Under the pieces are notes generated by a model. That model ran no database searches. It was not told the origin of the DNA and worked only from the letters and a program-made list of their open reading frames with translations. The position numbers were made by a program, and so were the translations under genes. DNA of 64,000 bases from Podarcis vaucheri (Eukaryota): NCBI GenBank assembly GCA_965113315.1, contig OZ220366.1. One strand, written 5' to 3'. This document shows, piece after piece, positions 56,452-64,000 of this stretch. The stretch's first letter is position 1; the number at the start of each line of letters is the position of its first letter.

Positions 56452-56717
56452 CTCTGTTTAAAAAACCTCGAATTAAGGAGGGAAAAGTGAAATGTATGGA
56501 ATAAAATTGGTTAGAGATTCTCACGCCCCTTCATGGTTTGAGGCAGATAAATATTTTGGCTTTTCTGGTTCTTACCTGCCTAGTTCCCTCTTAATATACA
56601 GAGCTGCAGTGAATGCTGTCCTGTGTCATCTTTATTGCCCTTAAGGGTATAGGAAGCTGCCTTATATGAAGTCAGTCCATTGGTACATCTAATTTAGTAA
56701 GATCTACACTGATGAGC

Positions 56718-57054
56718 GGGATGCGGGTGGCGCTGTAGGCCTAGGACTTGCTGATCAGGAGGTCGGCGGTTCGAATCCCCGCGACGGGGTGAGCCCCCTT
56801 TGCTCGGTCCCTGCTCCTGCCCACCTAGCAGTTCAAAAGCACTTCAAAGTGCAAGTAGATAAATAGGTACCGCTCCGGCGGGAAGGTAAATGGTGTTTCT
56901 GTGTGCTGCTCTGGTTTGCCAGAAGCGGCTTCGTCATGCTGGCCACATGACCTGGAAGCTGTATGCCGGCTACCTCGGTCAAAAACGCGAGATGAGCGCC
57001 GCAACCCCAGAGTTGGCCATGACTGGACCTAATGGTCAGGGGTCCCTTTACCTT
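56718..57054 (+). mobile_element. Sauria SINE nested in a Squam2-like SINE
   Basis: Full body; TSD tacactgatgagc. Confidence 0.9.
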
Positions 57055-57922
57055 TACACTGATGAGCAGCAGGTCTCTGGGGTTTTCATCAGGGACTTAC
57101 CCCAGCATTTCCTAGAGATGACAGGGATTGCGCTACAACCCCCTTCCCCCTGCCAGGTTGATCTGCTGCCACTGAAGTTGTTTTGGGGCATAAAACAGAA
57201 TATTTTTGAAGTTAAAGAAATATGGCCTAATGGTAGTGGCAGAGTTTGGGTGGTTCTCTGTACGTACATGTACTGTTGGTGGTTGAAAATGATTTAAAGA
57301 TCTGTTTTATTTTATTTGCAATGTGCTGCTTAGAACAGTTTTGTCCTAACTGAAAGTCCACCCTGCAGAGTTAATCAGCTAAGATTCAAAGGGTCTGGGA
57401 TATGACTTCTTTATAAGAAATGCATGAAAAGGCTGTATAGTTCCAAGTCTGCTCAGGAAAATATGCTATATTGTATTTTTTCATATGCATTTGAAAGACA
57501 ATTCCCAGTGCCATTAATTAAACATTGCCTTTCCAAGTAACCTTCACTTAATATTTTTCATATTCTTGCACATTGCTAATTGCATTTGACTGTCAGTCTT
57601 TCTGGTGAATTAAATTTCTGAAAGCCATCTTGGTAGGAATACAAAAGGGAATTAAGAAGATAAATGTAAACCTGTATAAATGTTAGAATGGTCTGAGACG
57701 TTATCAAAATAATTCAAAATTCTTGGCATGATATCTCTTCATATAAGCCAACTAGTAAATTTGACAGAAGATTATTATCTGCGTATAGGAGATAAAAAGA
57801 CAAATGAGCACTGTTACAGACTAATGCAATGTTTAACCAGAGATAATTCTCTCCCAATGTTCCTCTCCAACTTGGTTGTGATTTATCACCTAAGCCAGGC
57901 ATGAGGAACCTATGGCCCTCCA

Positions 57923-58070
57923 AAATAAAAAAAATTCCTTCCTGTAGCACCTTAAAGACCAACTAAGTTAGTTCTTGGTATGAGCTTTCGTGTGCATGCA
58001 CACTTCTTCAGATAATGGAAGGAATTTTTTTTTATTTTGACTATGACAGACCAACACGGCTACCTATCTT
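57923..58070. mobile_element. Short PLE insertion (second family): inverted hammerhead-bearing arm plus forward tail arm
   Basis: - strand hammerhead at about 57978-58014 (…GAAAGCUC/AUAC), then + strand tggaaggaattttt...cacggctacctatct; 13-bp TSD ctatggccctcca (57910-57922, 58071-58083). Confidence 0.75.
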
Positions 58071-59646
58071 CTATGGCCCTCCAGGTACTGTTGGACTCCA
58101 GTCCCCTTCAACCCCCCCAGAGCCTGGGGAGAGGAATGGTAATCTAGGAAAAGTGGTGAGGGCCAGATAGACCTGGAGGGGCCACATTTGTCCCTCAGAC
58201 TTGAGGGTCCCTGCCCCAAGCTAAGGAGGTAATCTCCCTCGAGTGCAGTGAAAGATCTATCATATCTCCAGTGCTGAAATAAGGATTAACTGCAAGTCTG
58301 GTCAATTTTTGTACATAGATTTGTGTATGCGTGTGTGTGTACACCCACCCACCCCCATCTTGTCCTTTGTCTGGACCACCTCTTTTCCTAGTCTTAGACT
58401 GACTAGGTAATTGCTACACAATACTGGCTATGTCACCATATGAAAATTAGTTATGAATGGAGACTGCTATTGTGTAAGCTGTTAATATTTGTCACTTTTT
58501 ACTGTAACTAATAAAGGGTGAAATACACCATCTTGCATAATCCTGCAGGTCTAAAAATAAATATAAAAATAAAACAATTAGCCAGTGTAGCTGAGTCATA
58601 AACCATTCATATTAAAATCTGGATGTTGGTAGCTAGCCAGACAGTGTTGGCTACTCTGCTGATGACTGCATTGTGATTTTTTTTATATATATAAAAAAAC
58701 TATCCACCAAAAACTCAGACAGTCTGTCCAATTACAAATGTTACTGCTCATAAAATCTATTCAGAAACCTTTTAAAAATGTGCTGTGTTTGGCTTTAATG
58801 TTTTGCTGTTCATGAAGAAAAGTATAGTTAATGTGATAGCAACTTTTTACTAGACCAACTTCTGTGGGTTTAATTACAATGTTTGAGTTGCGTGCTATTG
58901 ACAATGAAATGGGAAGGAAGGAATGGAGCGGAAAGGCAATTCTCACCTCTATACTGATGCAACTCCTGTCTGCTACATCAAACCAACTAATAGCCTAGTT
59001 GAACTATAAGGTGTCTCTCTCGCTGCACACCAGGCTTGCATTTTATTTGCTAAGTGACTGGATGGGGGAGGGGGTGCGGGGAGAGATAATTTTTTTAATG
59101 GGAGGACAATATGGAGTCTTCCCATATATACATGTGCTACAAACTCCTATTTCACAAGTCCCAAAATGGTGCTACAGGTGCAATCTAGCAACACATTTTT
59201 GAGGGGGAAGGTTGTGTTCACATCAATTGCTATAGCATGTTAATAGAGCTTGAAAAATGAGCAGTGGTTATTGTGGGAACCCGTCCCTAGGATGCTAGGG
59301 CTGAATCTCTGAAGTGATTAATCCACACATTACAGTTTTCAATGTCACTGGGTCCTTGGGAACTTTGGGCTTGGGTGTTTTCAGAATATGAGAGGTGATG
59401 CCTGACAGTGCTTTTACCAACATACATTTCTGTTTGCTAAGCTTCTAAGGAAGAGTGTGGCACGGTTAATAAAGTTTGGTGCTGTTCAGTAAACATGACC
59501 GACTGCTTTGCTTATTAGGTCTGCAAATCTTTATTTGTGCGCATTGTACATGTGTTCAGTACGTTCACGTGTACCAGAATAGTCATGCATCTCACTGTTC
59601 TTATTGAATCTGTTTCTCTTCTCCTTGCATTACTGATGATTTAGTG

Positions 59647-59852
59647 CAGAGCTTTCCAAACTGTGTGTCACGACACGTTAGTGTGCTGGCTGCAGTGTGT
59701 AGGTGTGCCGCGCGAACCCTCCCCGCACTGCTCCTGGGGCTGGAAAGGGCTTAGTTCTACTTCGGGTTTGCTAGTAAAACTCAATTACTGTGTCATGAAA
59801 TGATGCAGGTCTAAAAAGTGTGTCATCAGCATGAAAAGTTTGGAAAGCTCTA
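59647..59852. mobile_element. hAT-type MITE
   Basis: cagagctttccaaact / agtttggaaagctcta; TSD atttagt(g/a). Confidence 0.82.
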
Positions 59853-60243
59853 ATTTAGTATGTCAAAGTGACCTGCACCAGGCAAGTTTATTCATTCCAA
59901 CTTACGGTTGACCCACAGAAGTATGGTTGAGTTTCCCCCATTGATTCTTATATCTTCTGTTACTTCTAAACAGCTGTTTGGTGCTGAAGCATGGGTATGG
60001 AGAGATCAATCACATCTTTCAAATTTTAGTGAAAGGAGGAAGACCCATCTCACAGCTGCAAAAAAAGAAAAGCTAAGAAGAAATAAATGCTTCTTAGCTA
60101 TCTATGAGCAAGCCTAAGTCGGACAAAAATGATTAGATTGAGGATGTAAATCTAAGCATAATTGTATGAAAATAGATTCCATTCAAATAGATGGGATTTC
60201 TCTCACATGGGGATTTCCTTATTCTAGCAGTTAACATTCCATA

Positions 60244-60290
<47 letters not shown>
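60244..60290. repeat. (AC)12(AT)n microsatellite, left flank of the PLE cluster
   Basis: Read directly. Confidence 0.95.
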
Positions 60291-60291
<1 letters not shown>

Positions 60292-60403
60292 GCAGGTTTT
60301 GGTGTCTTCGGGTGTCTTCCCGTGTAAGAGTCGGGGTGTCTGGGCGACGTTTCGACGAGGTCTCACTCGTCATCTTCAGGCTGGTGCTTTCGGCTTCTTG
60401 TTA
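60291..60403 (-). mobile_element. PLE pLTR 3' segment, without the 29-nt tail, attached to the long MRPS9 arm
   Basis: Reverse complement of taacaagaag...aaaacctgca, matching 62081-62193; abuts (AT)n. Confidence 0.88.
60344..60381 (-). ncRNA. Minimal type I hammerhead ribozyme motif (PLE), copy a
   Basis: On the - strand: CUGAAGA-U-GACGAG(UGAGAC)CUCGUC-GAAA-C-GUC. 6-bp stem II, palindromic ACGU stem III, stem I only about 2 bp. Confidence 0.75.
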
Positions 60404-60847
60404 ATGCATTACAGAATAATAGGACTGCTTGCCAGTGTAAAAGAGAAAGTGAAATGGGCGGCCATCTTTGTCCCACTGGATTGCTCTTTGCTTTGGAAAC
60501 ATTTCTTCGGGATGCTTCATTACAGGTCTGGCCCTTTTGTCAAACAGACCAGAAGGAAAGAGATAGGCAATAGCTTTATCAATATCCTCTTGGGTAAAAG
60601 TTTCTGGATCTTCTCCCATCATGTTGGCTAAATGTCTCTTTCCTATGTTGAAATCTTCAGTCTGTTTTTTGATAAAAGCTTCTGTGTACTTTTCAGGTCC
60701 TGAAGCAGCAACATTTTTCCTCTGCACTGTTGTGGTAGTGCAGATCAGTCTTAATGTCTTCGGCCCCGCCAACCGCTTCCCCGTCCTCACCGCCCCGCTC
60801 CACGCATGGCTCCCGAGCAGCAAGCGCCCAACCGCCGCCACTACCAT
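60404..60847 (-). pseudogene. MRPS9: Processed (intronless) 5' retrocopy of MRPS9, codons 1-148, fused to a PLE pLTR
   Basis: ATG at 60847-60845, then an uninterrupted frame [10 protein letters not shown]...[83 protein letters not shown], which is the N-terminal part of mitochondrial ribosomal protein S9. No introns. The stop TAA (60403-60401) is supplied by the PLE. Confidence 0.95.
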
Positions 60848-60848
60848 A

Positions 60849-60989
60849 TTTGACAAAAGGGCCAGACCTGTAATGAAGCATCCCGAAGAAATGTTTCCAA
60901 AGCAAAGAGCAATCCAGTGGGACAAAGATGGCCGCCCATTTCACTTTCTCTTTTACACTGGCAAGCAGTCCTATTATTCTGTAATGCAT
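60849..60989 (+). pseudogene. MRPS9: Second, inverted, 5'-truncated MRPS9 retrocopy arm (last 47 codons of the fragment)
   Basis: [11 protein letters not shown]...SYYSVMH; exact reverse complement of 60404-60544; followed by the same pLTR junction. Confidence 0.95.
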
Positions 60990-61131
60990 TAACAAGAAGC
61001 CGAAAGCACCAGCCTGAAGATGACGAGTGAGACCTCGTCGAAACGTCGCCCAGACACCCCGACTCTTACACGGGAAGACACCCGAAGACACCAAAACCTG
61101 CATTCCTGTACCCGTGAAAATCTACGAAAGC
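60990..61131 (+). mobile_element. PLE pLTR 3' segment with tail, attached to the short MRPS9 arm
   Basis: taacaagaag...hammerhead...acctgca plus the 29-nt tail ttcctgtacccgtgaaaatctacgaaagc; followed by (AT)9. Confidence 0.88.
61012..61049 (+). ncRNA. Minimal hammerhead ribozyme motif, copy b
   Basis: CUGAAGA at 61014, stem II GACGAG/CUCGUC, GAAACGUC; predicted cleavage after 61047. Confidence 0.75.
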
Positions 61132-61189
<58 letters not shown>

Positions 61190-61191
61190 GT
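61132..61191. repeat. (AT)9(GT)13(AT)7GT microsatellite between two PLE 3' ends
   Basis: Read directly. Confidence 0.95.
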
Positions 61192-61488
61192 GCTTTCGTA
61201 GATTTTCACGGGTACAGGAATGCAGGTTTTGGTGTCTTCGGGTGTCTTCCCGTGTAAGAGTCGGGGTGTCTGGGCGACGTTTCGACGAGGTCTCACTCGT
61301 CATCTTCAGGCTGGTGCTTTCGGCTTCTTGTTACTGGAACAGAGCAGAATCTGGTGTTTGAGTTCCTATAAATACTGTTGAGGGGTGTGGTGTATAGCCT
61401 CCAACGTTCTAGGCAGAGAGGAAGTTCCTAGATTAGTGTGCCTTTTCTTCTTTTGTTCCTTAATTACTTGAGGGATATCTTGAGTGAT
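61192..61488 (-). mobile_element. Inverted PLE pLTR/3' UTR with tail
   Basis: Reverse complement of the element's 3' end. Joins the + strand copy at 61487 through a 2-nt AT microhomology. An inverted 5' pLTR is a known PLE insertion form. Confidence 0.88.
61274..61311 (-). ncRNA. Minimal hammerhead ribozyme motif, copy c
   Basis: Same motif on the - strand inside the inverted pLTR (core 61276-61309). Confidence 0.75.
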
Positions 61489-62039
61489 CGAGATAGAGAA
61501 ACACCCTCACAACATGAACAAGCGTGACGACACGTCCCGCCTGCCAGACATCTGGAAATTAGCCCTCCCCACAAAAACCGACACCAGAACCAGAGGCACA
61601 CAGAACGCCGTCACCAATCAACCACACCAGACCCAAACCCAGACCCTCTCCACAGACATATTACAGACTCCATCCAGTAGCCAAACTATAGTGGCACCTC
61701 CGGATGCTGCACCCCCCTGCAATCCCTACACAGATCTGGCTGGCACAAGGCACAAAATCACAGCTCGCCCCTATACACGAAGCCAAGCCAGAGCACAACT
61801 AAATGCAGCACAGCCATCTTCTCAAAAAAACTCTTCACAAGCTCAAGAGGTCAAGACACGAAAGCTTTAGCAACTAATCTACACTTAATGACCCACCCAG
61901 TGGTATTCAGAATATCACTCATGAAATCACTCAAGATATCCCTCAAGTAATTAAGGAACAAAAGAAGAAAAGGCACACTAATCTAGGAACTTCCTCTCTG
62001 CCCAGAACGTTGGAGGCTATACACCACACCCCTCAACAG

Positions 62040-62047
62040 TATTTATA
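62040..62047. promoter_or_regulatory. TATA-like element in the pLTR (TATTTATA sense, TATAAATA antisense); also 62916-62923 and 61367-61374
   Basis: Motif only, about 65 nt upstream of the hammerhead core. pLTRs are known to act as PLE promoters. Confidence 0.35.
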
Positions 62048-62060
62048 GGAACTCAAACAC

Positions 62061-62080
62061 CAGATTCTGCTCTGTTCCAG
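62061..62080 (+). promoter_or_regulatory. Splice-acceptor-like site in the PLE pLTR (also AG at 62955-62956 on + and 61335-61334 on -)
   Basis: cagattctgctctgttccag|taacaag; the MRPS9 junction falls exactly after this AG. Confidence 0.7.
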
Positions 62081-62102
62081 TAACAAGAAGCCGAAAGCAC
62101 CA

Positions 62103-62140
62103 GCCTGAAGATGACGAGTGAGACCTCGTCGAAACGTCGC
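62103..62140 (+). ncRNA. Minimal hammerhead ribozyme motif, copy d
   Basis: Core 62105-62138; predicted cleavage after 62138. Confidence 0.75.
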
Positions 62141-62200
62141 CCAGACACCCCGACTCTTACACGGGAAGACACCCGAAGACACCAAAACCTGCATATATAT

Positions 62201-63096
62201 ATAAATGCACGTATCGCAGAACACAAGAATGCCGTCAAAAAAGAAGAAAAAACTTCCTCTCTTTTCCAACACATGAAAGAAACAGGACACGAAATTAATT
62301 TTGCAGATTCCAAATTGCTCTTTAACATGGAACATCACCACAAGAGAATAATCATGGAAGCCATCGAGATAGAGAAACACCCTCACAACATGAACAAGCG
62401 TGACGACACGTCCCGCCTGCCAGACATCTGGAAATTAGCCCTCCCCACAAAAACCGACACCAGAACCATAGGCACACAGAACGCCGTCACCAATCAACCA
62501 CACCAGACCCAAACCCAGACCCTCTCCACAGACATATTACAGACTCCATCCAGTAGCCAAACTATAGTGGCACCTCCGGATGCTGCACCCCCCTGCAATC
62601 CCTACACAGATCTGGCTGGCACAAGGCACAAAACCACAGCTCGCCCCTATACACGAAGCCAAGCCAGAGCACAACTAAATGCAGCACAGCCATCTTCTCA
62701 GAAAAACTCTTCACAAGCTCAAGAGGTCAAGACACGAAAGCTTTAGCAACTAATCTACACTTAATGACCCACCCAGTGGTATTCAGAATATCACTCATGA
62801 AATCACCCAAGATATCCCTCAAGTAATTAAGGAACAAAAGAAGAAAAGGCACACTAATCTAGGAACTTCCTCTCTGCCCAGAACGTTGGAGGCTATACAC
62901 CACACCCCTCAACAGTATTTATAGGAACTCAAACACCAGACTCTGCTCTGTTCCAGTAACAAGAAGCCGAAAGCACCAGCCTGAAGATGACGAGTGAGAC
63001 CTCGTCGAAACGTCGCACAGACACCCCGACTCTTACACGGGAAGACACCCGAAGACACCAAAACCTGCATTCCTGTACCCGTGAAAATCTACGAAA

Positions 63097-63098
<2 letters not shown>
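62201..63098 (+). mobile_element. 5'-truncated Penelope/Poseidon-type PLE, copy 2 (C-terminal half of GIY-YIG endonuclease, pLTR and tail)
   Basis: INARIAEHKNAVKKEEKTSSLFQHMKETGHEINF...KRIIMEAIEIEKHPHNMN fits the R..EH / H..GH / E.IEI / N pattern of PLE GIY-YIG domains. Stop at 62744-62746. About six substitutions versus copy 1. Followed by (AT)26. Confidence 0.9.
62979..63016 (+). ncRNA. Minimal hammerhead ribozyme motif, copy e
   Basis: Core 62981-63014; predicted cleavage after 63014. Confidence 0.75.

Positions 63099-63150
<52 letters not shown>
63099..63150. repeat. (AT)26 microsatellite, right flank of the PLE cluster
   Basis: Read directly. Confidence 0.95.
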
Positions 63151-63153
<3 letters not shown>

Positions 63154-63263
63154 TAAAAATGACATATTGTTCACAATGACAGCTAAGATTTCCTCTGCAT
63201 TTCATGCTCCTCCCTCAGCAATTCACCTTTTAAGCAAACTGCAAACATTGTGAAATGGTGCAG

Positions 63264-64000
63264 CCAGGGCTGTTTTAAGCTTATGCGGCTCCGGGGTGCA
63301 AAGATCCACCCGGCGCCCCTAGGTTGCCCAGAGGTGTCGACCTTTTGGGGGGGCAAAGTTGTTGACCTTTTGCGGGATGCAGGGACTCACAGCGCCAACC
63401 AAAGGGGGTGCCAGCGCAACACACACAGGGGCGTATGAAGGTGGATGCAGGTTCCATGTTGGGGGATGACGAAAAAATGTCGGGTGGTACAGTTGCCGTG
63501 CTGTCCACCCACTGCCCCCCCCCACTGCATGGCGGCGGTTTCGGCTATGCACGCAGTGCCCGGGGAACGATGGGAATGCAAGCCGCAGCGGAGGAAAGAT
63601 CTCCAGACAGTATCTGCGTCCTCATGTTTCGCTGGATTTGTTGCTTCCATAGGCGCTGTTGGTGCACATTCCCCATTGTTCTGTGCTGGCACCCCACATT
63701 GGGCGGTGCTGGGAGCATGCGCCAACAGCAGAAAAGCCACCAAAGGAACCCACAGCTCGGCGCATGCAACAGGATGTGTCGCGTAGCGCCCCCAGCATTA
63801 CACGGCACTCCAGGCGTGGCACTGAAACAGTTAGCCGCCATGCAGCTGGGGCAAGAGCTGACAGCAGAGCAGAGCAGAGCCCATTGGAGTGCCACAGGCT
63901 CTTTTGCTGCGGGCGGCTTGGCACGAGTTTGGGGGTGAGTGTTGGGAGTCCGGGGAAGAGCCGTTCGCAGTAGAAGAGCCTGCGGTGTGCCTATGGGCTC
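63264..64000. mobile_element. GC/CpG-rich probable DNA transposon running off the window end
   Basis: Abrupt shift to GC-rich sequence beginning cagggctgtttt...ggcgcccct; no recognisable protein; other terminus not visible. Confidence 0.35.

Larger units (their letters stand above)
61487..62193 (+). mobile_element. 5'-truncated Penelope/Poseidon-type PLE, copy 1 (ORF end plus pLTR, no tail)
   Basis: IEIEKHPHNMNKRDD... ORF end (stop 61868-61870), 3' UTR and hammerhead; ends acctgca followed by a short (TA)n. Confidence 0.88.

Noticed and set aside
60848-60925. 26-aa N-terminal extension of ORF 60401..60925, and the fusion ORF 60621..60992
   Set aside because: Both arise from reading through the inversion junction into the antisense of the other arm.
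60404-60989. The functional MRPS9 gene
   Set aside because: Intronless, lacks the C-terminal S9 domain, partly duplicated in inversion and embedded in PLE sequence inside a DDX10 intron.
60291-61131. Simple sequencing fold-back artefact
   Set aside because: The arms are asymmetric in a PLE-typical way (tail versus no tail, 304-nt loop) and the same layout occurs at 57923 with a TSD. Disfavoured, but not excluded without reads.
60989-61361. Mirror-image ORFs MTSETSSKRR...YIYICVCV on both strands
   Set aside because: Products of the palindromic pLTR-microsatellite-pLTR arrangement.
61487-63098. Autonomous PLE or an LTR retrotransposon
   Set aside because: No RT domain and no GIY/YIG N-terminal motifs are present. 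The direct repeats are tandem truncated PLE copies without TG...CA ends or a PBS.
63250-64000. Cluster of overlapping ORFs or a CpG-island gene start
   Set aside because: No recognisable protein; ORFs in several frames reflect high GC in a probable transposon.
43521-64000. Further DDX10 exons (acidic DWSDDD...DPSTLPDPD exon and last exon)
   Set aside because: No matching translation noticed; presumably beyond the window end.

Overview
Eukaryotic genomic DNA from a squamate reptile. Sauria SINE, BovB, squamate-type L2/CR1 tails and many MITEs are present; a lacertid lizard is my inference. The window lies inside the 3' half of DDX10 (+ strand): three phase-0 coding exons (26715-26828, 29646-29807, 43464-43520) sit in large, TE-rich introns. 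The standout region is 60244-63150, a very young cluster of Penelope-like element (PLE) insertions in a compound (AC)n(AT)n(GT)n(AT)n microsatellite. It holds five minimal hammerhead ribozyme motifs and two fragments of a GIY-YIG ORF. It also holds an intronless, head-to-head duplicated copy of the first 148 codons of the host gene MRPS9. In both arms MRPS9 joins the PLE pseudo-LTR (pLTR) exactly after a pyrimidine-rich CAG. This suggests host exons were spliced into a pLTR acceptor and the chimeric, ribozyme-tagged RNA was then retrotransposed by PLE machinery (PLE exon trapping and retroposition). A second, unrelated hammerhead-bearing PLE family occurs as short insertions at about 7.5 kb and 58 kb. 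Family names and human exon numbering are from recognition or memory, not database searches.
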